Positions 37,467 to 51,300 of a stretch of DNA of 64,000 bases are shown here, piece after piece (position 1 is the first letter of the stretch; every line of letters begins with the position of its first letter). Made by a program: the position numbers and the translations under genes. This stretch comes from Heptranchias perlo (taxonomy: Eukaryota): the NCBI RefSeq assembly GCF_035084215.1, contig NC_090346.1, positions 15,376,001-15,440,000 on the forward strand, in the 5' to 3' direction. Below the pieces are notes generated by a model that worked only from the letters and a program-made list of their open reading frames with translations, did not search any database and was not told the DNA's origin.

Positions 37467-38729
37467 AGAATTAGTTCTTTTTATAGAGCAATACACATAT
37501 ATAATGTCTGACAACAGTGAGACACCTGAAAATGTTTGATTCCTGTAAATGTTTAGTGGGACTCATGAGAATTGGGACTAAACTCGTTTGGTTTCAAACT
37601 CGAACCATTTTTGTTTCCAGAAGCTCCAATGCATTTTCAATGATATTGTTGTCTTCAAGGGTGGTAAAGTTCTGCCAGAGGCCTTAAATTTAAAAGGTAA
37701 TTTTTTTTGTGTAAATATAGCCTTTGTATTTAATCAGGTGAGAGTCCAACAGTTCACTGGAAGAACATTATGGATTTTTAAAAAATCTATTAGATAATTC
37801 TGAAGGCCAAGATGGTTGCTGTAAGTCATTTTAACTCACAACCACACTTTTCCTGCAATCGGGGTACAAACTTTAGTACAGAGTAAATTTTATTCAATCT
37901 AGGAGCATTTCTTTAATTTTGCAAATGCTTGCCAAATGAATGAGTATTGTAAGTATAGTGAAAGACAAACATTTTGTTCAGTTTAATCACAGCATGCAAT
38001 GAAGTCATTGTTCAGGTACAAAAAGCTATTCATGATTTAAAAAAAACAGTTAAAGTAACTCTGTTTACTATGAAATGTTTCAGCTATATTGACAGCACTC
38101 TTTTTTTAAAATGAATGCTGCATACACTTTTTTTGTTTACTGAGTATAGAATACTCCCCATGCAAATATAAACAAGTTTTTCAACAGAAAGAATATGCTA
38201 CCCCTTAATAATGCAATCCCGTTTGTAGAATAAGGATTACTCCTGATAATGTTGCCTTATGTACTGGTTCAGATCTTTTTTTCTAGTAACTGCAAATACT
38301 GGACTCAAGCGATGAAGCTTGAAGGATTAAACATTGAATTCTGGCTGAACATTCTGACCACTCTTTAGGTAAAAACATTTTTTTAATCCTCCCCTACCAT
38401 ACCCAGACCCCTCAAGGCATTCCCTAAATATCTCTAAATAGGGCAGCATCAACTGGGGAAAGGGGTTGTATACTCCTTATTCTGTTCTTGGGTGTTCTCT
38501 CTTGCTGATTCAAAAGCAGGCAGGAGAAGAACAAAACGAATTGTCCTGACTGGCAAATGTCCCAAGCACTCTGCTTATAATCAACATCTACATGTCCATC
38601 ATCTAAATTTTGAGTCCTGGTTACTATTGGGATTTATAACTGAGGTAGTGTTAAAATTGAGAATTGTATGAGTACAGAGTGTATTATGAAGTTTAAAATG
38701 TTTGACCCTCTACAACCCACAATTCCTAG

Positions 38730-38966
<237 letters not shown>

Positions 38967-39169
38967 TAAAACTGACTTTGGGTAACTTTAATTCAAAAAA
39001 GTTATCATTTGGTGGAGGGGTTACAAATAGGCCATATGAGCTGTGTAAAGTTGGGATAGGAAAATAATACCTATAATAAAGGTTTGGGAATTTTATTTCT
39101 GGTTACGTTTTAAATTGAACAACTTTACCTAAGATTAACTGCTCCTTTTATTTCAAGGCACTTCTAGTT

Positions 39170-40437
39170 GTTTAAAAATGGATAGACTGAGTAATTACAG
39201 GCCAATCAGCCTAACCTCAATGGAGGGCAAATTATTGGAAAAAATTCTGAGGGACATTTAGAAAGCCACAGATTAATCAAGGACAATCAGCATGGATTTG
39301 TTAAGGGACGGTCGTGTCTGACTAACTTGATTGAATTTTTTGAGGCAGTAACAAGGAGGGTCGATGAGGGTGTAGCGGGTTTGATGTAGTCTACATGGAT
39401 TTTAGCAAGGCTTTTGACAAGGTCCCACATGGCAGACTGGTCAGAAAAGTGAAGGCCCATGGGATCCAAGGGAAAGTTGCAAGTTGGATCCAAAACTGGC
39501 AGTGGCAAGAAGCAAAGGGTAATAGTCGATGGGTGTTTTTGTAACTGGAAGGCTGTTTGCAGTGGGGTTCCGCAAGGCTCAGTACTAGGTCCCTTGCTTT
39601 TTGTGGTATATAATCGATGATTTAAACTTAAATGTAGGGGGGCATGATTAAGAAGTTTGCAGATGATACAAAAATTGGTCGTGTGGTTGATGGTGAGGAA
39701 GAAAGCTGTAGACTGCAGGAAGGTATCCATGGGCTGGCCAGGTGGGCAGAAAAGTGGCAAATGGAATTCAGTCCGGAGAAGTGAGATAATGCATTGGCAA
39801 ACGAGGCAAGGGAATACACAATAAATGGTAGGTGACTGAGAAGTGTAGAGAAACAGAGGGACCTTGGAGTGCAAGGCAGGTAGATAAGGTGGTTAAGAAG
39901 GCATACAGGATACTTTCCTTTATTAGCCGAGGCATAGAATATAAGAGCAGTTCTTATGCTAGAACTGTATAAAACACTAGTTAGGCCACAGGTAGTGTAC
40001 TGTGTACAGTTTTGGTCACCCCATATCAGGAAAGATGTGATTGCACTAGAGAGGGTACATAGGAGATTTATGAGGATGTTGCCAGGACTGGAGAATTTTA
40101 GCTATGAGGAAAGATTGGATAGGCTGGGGTTGTTTTCCTTGGAACAGAGGAGGCTGAGGGGTATAAAATTATGAGGGGCCTTGGTAGAGTGGACAGGAAG
40201 GACCTATTTCCCTTAGCAGAGAGGTCAATAACCAGGGGGCATAACTGAAAGGGTGGTAGAGGCAGAAACCCTCATCGTATTTAAGAACTTGGATATGCAC
40301 TTGAAGTGCCGTAACCTACAAGGCTACGGACCAAGAGCTGGAAAGTGGGAATAGGCTGGATAGCTCTTTTTCGGCCAGCACAGACGCGATGGGCCGAATG
40401 GCTGCCTTCTGTGCCGTAAATTTCTATGATTCTATGA
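39170..40437 (+). mobile_element. CR1 LINE RT and 3' end, degraded
   Basis: NYRPISLT, QHGFVKGRSCLTNL, LYKTLVRP...ALERV...YEERLDRLGLFSLEQRRLRG; (ttctatga)n tail. Confidence 0.92.
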
Positions 40438-40889
40438 TAGTGTTATTGTAGTGTCTTTTGCCAGCGGAGGCATTGTACTAATTGAGGGCACATGGAGTTA
40501 GTCTTAGTGCAGCATGTCTCACTATGTTAGTTGAGAGCAAGGAATTCTCCTGATATCCTGGCCAACATTTTTCATTTAACCAATGTCATCTAATTCAAAT
40601 TCACTTCTTATTTATCTTTTTGCTATTTTGGGAAATTGCTGGCATGGGAGGCTGCTGTGTTTTCCTATGTAACAGCAGTCAATGCTCCAAAAAAAGTTAT
40701 GTAAAGCACTTTGAGGCATTTTTATGTGAAAAATGCTAACCAAATTTTTTTTTTATTGAGCACATGGAATTTCGGCTTTAACAGATCACTGTCCTTTTTT
40801 GCTTGAGCAGCTGTATATACCCTACACAGCATCACTATTGTACTGTAAGAGATCTTTCAGTCTGTTGCGTAATGGGGATATTCTACTGA

Positions 40890-41129
<240 letters not shown>

Positions 41130-41191
41130 TAACTATAGCTACATAAAATACATTTTGCATTTTGAAACCATGCAAAAATAGTAACTAAGTA

Positions 41192-41620
41192 AGCAGCTTG
41201 TTCATTTGGTAACACTGTCATCTTTGGGTCAATAGGTTGTGGATTCAAGCCCACACCAGGACTTGAGTGCATAATGCACATTCCACTGAGAACAGCAGTG
41301 CCATCTTTTGGATGAGATGTTAAAGCAAGGTTCTATTTGCCTGTTCAGGTGGATATTAAAGATCTCATGCCACTATTCGAACAATAGTAGGAAGTTTTCC
41401 CTGTCTCCTGGCCAACATTCCTCCTTCAGCCAACACCACCAAAAACAGATTAAGTGGTCATTCATCTTGTTGTTTGTTGAATGTTTCTGGTGCAGAATGG
41501 CTGCAGTTTGTTTACATAACAACAGTCACTGCACTCCCAAAAACACATTCATTGTGTTAAGCACTGCGAGACACTTCAGTGACATGATAAGGTGCTATGT
41601 AAATACAAACGTTCTTCTAT
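41192..41620 (+). mobile_element. Near full-length tRNA-derived SINE with Deu-like core and L2-like tail
   Basis: tRNA-like head, ttggatgagatgttaaa...tcctggccaacatt core, aaggtgctatgtaaatacaa tail; related fragments at about 40540-40740 and 45700-45860. Confidence 0.7.
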
Positions 41621-41741
41621 TTAAATTGTGTTTCAAACAGCACTGCAGCTACTGCTTCCTAAATATATATTGAACAGCTTTTTAAGTACAGCCTGTGATT
41701 GCTTCTAGTTTCAAACTGTGTTTGGGCTTATTCCTTCACAG

Positions 41742-41833
41742 AAAGATCGGTTTCTTTTGAATGGCTGGGATCATGCGACTGCTATGGACATGATGACTGT
41801 TTATAACAGTTTGCCACAAGCAGATGTTCAGAG
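41742..41833 (+). CDS. LCMT1: LCMT1 coding exon 9
   Basis: KDRFLLNGWDHATAMDMMTVYNSLPQADVQ(R); 92 nt. Confidence 0.96.
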
Positions 41834-42362
41834 GTACATTTAATTTGTGTTTATGATACTCAGTATGATTCCTCTGCTGCTAGCATTACAAATTAAACCA
41901 ATATATGAGTTTGCTATGTGACAGGGTGATGGTCATATCAGTCTGTACAGCCCATTCTGTAGGTCTGCTTTTCTCTGACTTTGGAACACATATCTAAATG
42001 GGCAGTGGCAACTTAAAGTTGTCATGCCTGTCAGAATAATTAATGGGAATCTGGGTGCAAAGACTACAAAAACACTGAATTAAAAGGAATATATATGAGA
42101 GGATAAAATTTACTTCATTAATTCTCTTGTTTTAAATACAGTTATTTGGTATTTTTTATTGAACGCTTAATATATCTGTTATTTTGACTTATTTGGGGAT
42201 GAGAATTTCCTGAGCTTTTGCTTTTTCTGATGGGCTGCCACTAGATATTGCCGCTATCTGTATCACAAGCTGTACATCCAGTGCCAACTATACTGTATAC
42301 CATGGGCTAGCTCATCCCTTCAGTCACTTTTAGATTCTTTTCCTGAAACTTCTCCCTCTTAA

Positions 42363-42572
<210 letters not shown>

Positions 42573-43252
42573 TGAGTTCACCCCTATGTCTCTACACCTC
42601 TGCGTTCCAGACCTCAGCCCCTATTTTGGGAAAGACTCATAGCGCTTCCCTTGAAGGAGGGTAAAACGGAGGCAGCCCACACCTCTTTTGAAGGGAGAAA
42701 AGGGCAGACAAGTCGATATCTACCATTCTAATGCATCAAACAGCTGGTTCGAAAACAATACTGGCAAAAGCTGGATGTTATGAAGTCTAATATTGTGAAA
42801 AAGCAAACAAAACAAGATTTTAAAAATTACAAACCCATAAGCCTAGAAGTTGCTTTGGGTGATTTAGGACAGAGAGCAGGAGAAACTTTATTATACTGTA
42901 GGTTGTAAGGCTGTGGAATGCACTATTGGTTAGAGATTGAAGCAGAGCCCATGTCAACATTTAGTGGGGTGGTTGAAGGAAAGGGTGTTGGAGGTAGTAA
43001 AGGATACAGGGTGGTGGGCACATGGGATTAGGACTACTGGTGTGGAGGATAAGCACCAAGGCAGACTCGTAAGGCAGAACGGTTTATTTCCATACTATCA
43101 TTTCTATGTAAACTCTTCCAAGCCAGTTTGCTGATCATCTCATTCAAGTAACTTTTAAAAAAGTGAATAGAATCAAGTTAATATTTATTTTTTAGCAGTG
43201 GTCCCAAAGATGAAATTCCCTTTTTAAGTTGTGACTGAATGCAGAAAAATGA

Positions 43253-43361
43253 ACATGTGGGAGTACAGTAGGTTGTAATTAAGAATGGACAGATTTGAAA
43301 TGCGATCTGTCCTTCAACAAACTACCCATCCTTAATTACTACCCACTGTACTCCCACATGT
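43253..43361. repeat. Long inverted repeat (hairpin) in the last LCMT1 intron
   Basis: acatgtgggagtacagt / actgtactcccacatgt perfect 17-bp arms, extending imperfectly to about 36 bp. Confidence 0.85.
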
Positions 43362-43389
43362 AATGTAAATGTCCTCTGTCTGTTTGCAG

Positions 43390-43421
43390 GTATCAATGAC
43401 ATTATGTTTGGGAGCATTTGA
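43390..43421 (+). CDS. LCMT1: LCMT1 final coding exon
   Basis: (G)INDIMFGSI*; acceptor ctctgtctgtttgcag; completes a 990-nt CDS; ATTAAA at 43522 and 43639 downstream. Confidence 0.85.
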
Positions 43422-43974
43422 TTTCCATAAAGCTACTTCAAGTCTGAAATGATGAATCCTGCAATCAATCTGCATGAAAAAAGGAAATCCACTGAAACCA
43501 TAACAGGACAGTGCCTTTGTAATTAAATGTTTGTTGCTGTTTGTTCCTGTGTATAAGCAACGGAAAAGGCTGAAATTACATCATTTTGTGAACTTGAGGC
43601 CTGTAATGTATGTCAGATTAACAAACCACTTGTTTTGCATTAAAAATATTGAATTGTTTTAATTTGTTATATTTAATCAAATTCTTTCAGTTGAGTTTGA
43701 TATGTTCACCAAAACAACAGAAGTTTGCTGGTATCATCAATAAGTTGTTTTTATAATCATCAATACACAAAAATACAATTTGCCACAAATGCTCTAGTTG
43801 TTAATAGACATTTCTTTACAGTTTTGTTATTGGTTATTTAAATGAGAAATTCTATTTGGAATACATCCAAACTGAATACATGAATGGGTATTTAAACTGA
43901 TGTGATCTGTTGTTATTTACTTACAGTAATGTAATTAGACAGTTGCTGTTACCTTTTTAGTAAATGAATTTGAT

Positions 43975-44110
43975 TTGACGGTTACTATTTACTGCATAAG
44001 CGTGGTTTGTCAGTATTTACTGCATTAGTGACAGTTAGTATTTATTACATTCGTGTGATCAGTTCATCGCTAATTACTTCATTAGTGATCAATCAGTATT
44101 TACTGCACTG
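43975..44110. repeat. Degenerate tandem repeat, unit about 26-30 bp (cagtatttactgcattagtga)
   Basis: Five diverged copies visible. Confidence 0.6.
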
Positions 44111-44149
44111 TAGGCGCTATTTATAAGGTGCCCATAGGAAGCCTGTTGA

Positions 44150-45360
44150 TAAAATTTAAGGTGCGTGGTATATATTTGGATTTTCAAAAGGCCTTCGATA
44201 AAGTACTGCATAGTAGATTCATGACTAAGGTCACAGCATGTGGAGTCAGGGGACAAGTAGCAGAATAGATAGCAAGCTGGCTACAAAATAGAAGAGAGAG
44301 TAGGGGTTAAAGGTAGTTACTCAGGCTGGCAAACGGTGGGAAGTGGTATTCCACGAGGATTGGTGCTGGGACTACTGTTGTTCGCCATTTACATAAACAA
44401 TTTGGACTTGGGAATCGGAAGTATAATTTCAAAATGTGCAGACCACACCAAATTGGGGGTATAGTCAATACTGAGGAGGATTGCGACAAAATACAGGAAG
44501 ACATTAATAAACTTGCAGAATGGGTATGTAATTGGCAAATGAATTTCAATATAGATAAGTGTGAGGTATTACATTTTGGTAGGAAGAATAAGGGGGCCAC
44601 ATACTGCTTGGATAATAAAAGTCTAAATTCGGTAGAGGAGCAGAGGGATCTGGGGGTACAGGTACACATCATTAAAAGTAGTGACGCAGATTAATGAGGC
44701 CATTTTAAAAAAACAAAAAGCAAACCAAGCACTGGGGTTCATTTCTAGAGGGATAAAATTGAAAAGCAGAGAAGTTATGTGAAACTTGTGTAGAACCTTG
44801 GTTAGACCACACTTGGAGTACTGTGAACAGTTCTGGCCTCCATATTATAAAAAGAATATAGAAGCACTGGAGAAGGTGCAAAAAATATTTACTAGAATGA
44901 TACCAGAACTGAGAGGTTATACCTATCAGGAAAGACTGAGCAGCCTGGGGCTCTTCTCTCTAGAAAAGAGAAGACTCAGGTGACCTGATGGAGGTCTTTA
45001 AGATTATGAAAGGGTTTGATAGGGTAGACCTAGGGAAGATGTTTCCACTTGTCGGGGAGACCAGAACTAGGGGCCATAAATATAAGATAGTCAGTAATAA
45101 ATCCAATAGGGAATTCAGGAGAAACTTCTTTACCCAGAGAGTGGATAGAATATGGAACTTGCTACCACAAGGAGTAGTTGTGGTGACTAGAATAGATGCA
45201 TTTAAGGGGAAGCTAGGTAAACACACGAGGGAGAAAGGAATAGAAGGATATGCTGAAAGGGTTAGACGAAGTAGGGAGGGAGGAGGCTTGTGTGGAGCAT
45301 AAACACTGGCATGGACGTGTTGAGTTGAATGGCCTGATTCTGTGCTGTAAATCTATGTAT
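44150..45360 (+). mobile_element. CR1 LINE RT and 3' end, degraded
   Basis: YLDFQKAFDKV, WQMNFNIDKCEVLHFG, LVRPHLEYC, FFTQRVDRIWNLLP. Confidence 0.92.
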
Positions 45361-46067
45361 TAAAAGGAATGTGGCAGCATGGATAGGAACTTGGTTAAAG
45401 GATTTTTAAAAAAGTAATGTTTGGTGGATGTTTTAAACTGTTGGGATGTAAATAGTGCTATGCCCCAGGGATCAGTGTTAGAACCATAGCTCTTCTCGGT
45501 ATATATAAATGATACAGACTTGGGTATAGAAGGCACTAACCGGTGAGCTGCCTCTGGACACCCGTTTCTGCCAGCCAGCTGTCTGCTCGAATGTTAATAA
45601 GGCTCAGTCGTTAAAATGGAGCGAGCCTCCCTTTGTAGCCCCTGGGTCCTGCTGACTTTCTGCCCGTGAGTTAAAATTCCCCCTCCCATTTTTTTTGTTT
45701 CATTGGATGAAAAAGGTCCCATGGCATGATTCAAAGAAGGGCAGGAAGTTCTCCTGGTGTCTTGGCCAACATTCTTGGTCAACCAGTACCATTTAAAAAC
45801 TCATTGAAAGTGAAATGCTTTGAGTAATTTCTGAGAATTAGTAAGTAGCTTTATAAATCAAGCATCATCTTCTCACTCATGTTTCATAAACATTTTGAAC
45901 AAACCAGCTGATGGGATGCAGTCCTGATGGATTCATGTCTTCACTTGGAACCAATCTGACATTTCTACTTCTGGCTGTTGTTCCTTCATAAACTCATTTA
46001 GCAGTGTGGTAATTGTTCCAGCAACTGCTAAGTACCATTCTGCCACTCATAGCTACTTAAAGACTAT

Positions 46068-46230
46068 GGAGTTGAATTTCCACAGGGGTTCTTCCAATTG
46101 TCGGCTGTAATTTCGGGAGAAGATCTGTCAATGCCGTAAACAGCACTTACGATGTTTCTCCGCGGTTTCCATGGATCTTCCGACGAAGTTACAGTGGTTG
46201 AGTGGGAGAATCCTGTGGAAATTCAACCCC
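46068..46230. mobile_element. MITE-like palindromic element; partial relative at 52181-52302
   Basis: ggagttgaatttccacagg ... cctgtggaaattcaacccc TIRs with TA adjacent on both sides. Confidence 0.75.
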
Positions 46231-46484
46231 TATGAAACAGACACATCTTTTCTACATTTCCAATCATCTGTTTCAGTAAGAAGATCTAGTCAGAACACCC
46301 AGATTTTCTTCTGAAGCCACACTAATTTTCCCCACAATAGACTTCCATCCAGGCATCCCTGTATTCTATTCAGGAGTGCTCTTGTGAAACTTGTAGTAAG
46401 AGGATGATACTAGCATTTAAGGTGGATTGTTGGTTGCTGTCATGGTGATGATCGAGGAGCTGGGTGCTGAACATATGAGTAAGT

Positions 46485-46851
46485 GAGTGTACTGGACTAG
46501 CAACCCTGAGGTCATGAGTTCAAATTCCACCATGGCATGTTGCAAAATTGAATTCAATAAATCTGGTAATTTATGGGCTAGCACCAGAAAAATGATCTTG
46601 AAAGCTACCGGTTTGTTGTGCAAACCCAATTGATTTACTAATGTTCTGCAGCAAAAGGAACTTGCCCAGCCCTATTAGGTCTGGGTTACATGTAACTCTA
46701 GATATGGTTGTAGTGGCCTGGCAAGCCATTCAGTTGTACAAACAATTACTACGAAGCACAATTGGAGGAATGCCCACTGCCTTATTAGGGCATTTAGAGA
46801 TGGGCAATAAATGTAGCCTGCCAGTGTTACTCATACCTGAGAATAAAAAAA
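46485..46851 (+). mobile_element. SINE with a 3' tail shared with the 18158-18761 LINE family
   Basis: B-box-like gagttcaaattcc; ends ttagagatgggcaataaatg...gaataaaaaa like 18694-18761. Confidence 0.7.
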
Positions 46852-47074
46852 GTGGAGGCTCAAAATCAGAATTGTGCCTGTAGTACACTGAAGAGCACAG
46901 AAGCATGAAAAAGAAGGTGGGCATGATTGACAAACAAGTGGAAATGGTGTATGTGTTTATCTACCTGAGAAGTTATGCAATGAAGGGGGATGTGAGAAGA
47001 GCTGCCTCATTGTAACTGCAAGTATTTTGCTAGATGGAAACCATTGTCGGGGAGGATTTGCTTTACCTTGGGAT

Positions 47075-47150
47075 GTGAAAAAGATAGTACGTGAGGCTAG
47101 TGTGCAGTCCGTACTTCTGTATGGTGCTGAGAGCTGGACCCTGACAAGCA
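47075..47150 (+). mobile_element. RTE-clade LINE fragment
   Basis: KKIVREASVQSVLLYGAESWTL motif. Confidence 0.55.
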
Positions 47151-48131
47151 TACCAGCTGCACTGACCAACACTGAAGTAACTGGAGCAATCTACACAAAT
47201 TGGCAAAGAGGAGCACCATGAGGAAGTTTTGTTGCATCTATGGCTAGCTTGGTTATGACCGCAAAGTGCCATGCAAAAAATTTAAAAACCTAAATGTGCA
47301 AAGGCAAGTCTAACTAACAGCACATGCCGTTACATGCCCTGCCACAGCAAATTATGGCCCAATGGCTTAAAAAAGTAGTAGATATCATATTACAAAAGAA
47401 AATTGCAAAACTAAGCCATTCATTGCTGTTTACTTTCACCTTCTAAATGATAGGTATAATACACTGATGCAATTGTTATATGACTGAGTAATAGGGCAAA
47501 CTACAGGCTTTTACCACCATTGATTGCAATTATGTACTGTATATAGCTGAACAGAAACACAGAAATAAAACAATTTGCACTAATCAGGAGCCATGTAAGC
47601 CAAAAGGAAAAATACTGGATGCCAGAAAATTGTTATCAGTATTGTTGAACTGTTGGAAAAAGTTTGTAAAACATTTCCAGAGTTAATAACTGAGCTTATG
47701 TACTTGAATATCTGTGTAGTATTTGTGGCACTTTATCTTGCACTTGGAAAAGTGCTGACGTTCCATCAGCTTAATGATCTTTGAACATTTAAGAAACCTG
47801 ACCTTGCAAATGGCTTAATCCAGCTATAAATAACTTAGAAGATAGGAAGTACTGAGAGAGTCTTGTGTTTGATGTCTTATAAATGTAGTTCAACAGCTAA
47901 TCAACAACAACTTGTGTTTATACAGCATTCATCACTTGCAGAAAAAAGATGTCCCGGTACTTACAATAATGAAGAAAGGGATATGGTGGATACAAAGCAT
48001 GGAAAAGGGAATGGAATGGAGTGGCTATAAACCAAAGGCACAATCGAAGAGGAAGATCTTGGGAGGTTTTCAAAAGCAGGGAGGGAGATGGCAGGGCAGA
48101 GGGAACTGGGTTGAGACTTCCAGTGGTGAGA

Positions 48132-48300
48132 AGTCATAGAGTCATAGAGTTATACAGCACGGATAGAGGCCCTTCGGCCCATCGTGTCCGCGCCGGCCAT
48201 CAAGCCCTGTCTACTCTAATCCCATATTCCAGCATTTGGTCCGTAGCCTTGTATGCTATGGCATTTCAAGTGCTCATCCAAATGCTTCTTGAATGTTGTT
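48132..48300 (-). mobile_element. CR1 3' end fragment
   Basis: (agtcatag)n tail followed by ttatacagcacggatagaggcccttcggcccatcg. Confidence 0.7.
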
Positions 48301-51300
48301 GACTAATCATAGCAATCAATCTCGACCAATGAGTTTTCAACATACCCAGACATCAGGTGAGGAAAACGCCCAGTGGTGGAGAGCTTTGGGAACCATTGGT
48401 CCAAAGTCACCTGTTCCTGCCACACATGTTACAAATTACTCATATACTGTATCCCAAAATATTACTTTGTGAAAGAAATCTTTCTAATTTGCATTTGAAT
48501 GAATCAACATTCTGCTGCCACCGTTTTCCTTGGGAGCCTGTACCATAGATTGACTTACCGACATAACGTTTCTACAGATTAGTTTGGAATTTACGTAGAC
48601 CGTATCCTTTGGTTTTACTGTTCTGGACAAGGTGAAACAGCTCGTCATGGTCTCCATTATCCAGTCCCTTTAGAATCCTAAATAGCAATCATCACTCCTT
48701 TCAACCATCTCTTTTCCAGTGAGAACATGCCCAATTTAGTCCTCTTAATCTAGTCACTCCATCTCCTCAATCATGCTGGTAGCTCTCTTCTGTATCCTTT
48801 CAATAAGTGTATTGGTTGATTACACAGTCACCAATGAGGAAGCAAGGAGAATTTCACTAATAGAGGAGCACAGAGGGTCTGCAGGGATGTAATTCAGGAG
48901 GAGAACACTAAGGTGGAGTGTGGCAAGGCCATGGAGACATTTGAAAATAAGGACAAAAGTTTTGAAATTGACACACTATTTTGAGGAGCCAGTGGAGCTT
49001 GGAAAGGATTGGAGTGTGGCATTTTGGATGAGTTGAAGCTTGTGAATAGTTGATGCAAGGAGGCCAGCCAGAAGGTCATTGGAGACATAAATGATGAACA
49101 GAAAATGGCAACTGTAAACAAATATTGATCACATTATGCAATTAAATTTAGTGTCAAAGTTACATTACCCTGTTAGACACTGACAACAATAAGCAGCAGA
49201 TTACGCTCAGTAGAAAAATCAATGACTATGTTTGCAGGGCAAAAATTAAATAAACCTATTATATCTGTCTCTTTTTCAAATTATTAATTTGAAGAGAATT
49301 ATGCACACATTAGGATGAATATCTGTACTATGGTATTGCATATTTTTCTACTTTTTGACCCCACTGTCATAATCAAGTACTCCCAGTTCAGGTAAAGCAA
49401 AGGTTAAGTGAAAAATAGGGAAATCAAAATTGATTTTCCTACTGCATGCTTCAGGCGTGGAGCATTGCCTGCTGGGAGCACATATTGGTAAATCATGTGC
49501 TCTCAGCCCACAATTTTCCATCAATTAATTTTCACATGTTCCCTCAATATGCACTCCCGATGAGCAAGGCTCTGTGCCAGGAGAAAGCAAGTGGAAAAAT
49601 TATCCTATAGATCCTTCTATCTCTCATGTCTGGTCCAATATAAAAATAATAATAAAATCAAACACATTAAAGATTTTGGTAGAATTTTTAGTCCACAAAA
49701 AGAGCAGAATGAATGATTGATGAGTATCAAAGGCTAGTTTGTGAAACATAACTAATTGGTGCAGGTTAGCACATTGTTCATTCACCTCTGTGATTGGGTA
49801 TAAATCCAGCCCAAGTTACTGGCATGAAAGTCTCCTCAGCTGCCTATGAGGTCCTGTGTGAAATGACAATGGGCAGTTTCAATTTGGTTCCCAGTGGTCA
49901 TTGACTGTCAGGAAAAACAGCCTTTAAGCACTCCACACAACATCAATTGGACATTGGTACTTATTAGCTTGCTACCAATTAGCCTGCTCCACTGACCCCC
50001 TGTCGAACTGCTGTTACACCTTACGATGTTTAAGGTATTTCACTGTCAACAAAAGTAAAAGATTTAATCTACTTTTAGTTCTTTTTGTCCTCATTCATAC
50101 AGAAATGGAGACATCTACTCCTGTTAATTCTAAGTCTTGTTTACTTAAAAAGTAATTGATTAATCAATTAGTTTATATTAAGCAATTTGAATGAAACAGC
50201 ACAGGAGATGTTTGTGTATGATTTCAATTAAATTAAATGATAATTCAATTTAAGCAACTTTGAATTGAGAGCAGACTGTATTTAGCAGTTGTCACTGGTA
50301 TAATCTGTCTAGCATTATTTCCCACTACCAATCACCACAATGAGATAACTACTAATTACAAATTCCCATGTGTATGACATCCGCCCATTACCTGAACCTT
50401 AATGAGCCTTACTAGCGATAACTCAAGTTGCAATTTTGCTATGGTTCAGTATCACTGAGACATCACTTTGATACCATTCACCAGAATGAGCTCAGTGTCA
50501 ATGAACAAATGCCTGTGATGCACCTCATGCATCGACCTGGGCAATTTCCTGACAAATCTCAGCTAATAAATTACTTGATTAGCAATGTCTCAACAATCAT
50601 AATTATTCCATAGCTAAACAATCTTATGGGAAATTATTAGCTTTTTGGTAACACATTGGGGATTCTTCAAGTTCTCCCCAACCCCCCTGGTTTATGATTC
50701 TCATTATTCCACCATCACTTAATGCAGCCTGAGGACACTGTGCCTAACTCTACATCATAAAATGAACTGGATAGTCATTCTTCAGCCTACCCACCCCCCC
50801 CACCCACCCCCACCCCGCCCCGCCAAAAAAAATATAAAATCAATGAATGCTGAAAATAAGAAAGAAAAACACTGAATGCTAGAAATTTACAGCATCTGGA
50901 AGAAGAAAGGTTACAGCTTCAGGCCAAGACATTTGATCAGAAGATTCTTTCTCTTTCAGATGCTGACTGGCATGCTGCAATTCTCTGGTATTTCCTGATT
51001 TTATTTCATGTAATATTTAATATCAAGTAATATTTTAAACTTTAAAAGGTTGTGTGAACTTACAGTATAGTTTTAAAATTTGAAACTTTCTTAGTATCCT
51101 GCAGAGGTTTGTTTGGTACCATAAATATTTAGTGAGTGAGCTTCCACAACCCACTCACCACTTCATTTATTCCTGAGTTACGGGGTCACTTCTCTTATTG
51201 AATATTTATTCAACAACACTCTTTACTCTATCAGTCAATGCTCTTTCTACTTTGAATTCTCAAATTCATTATTCTGTTAATGCTAGTTGCTAATTTCAAA

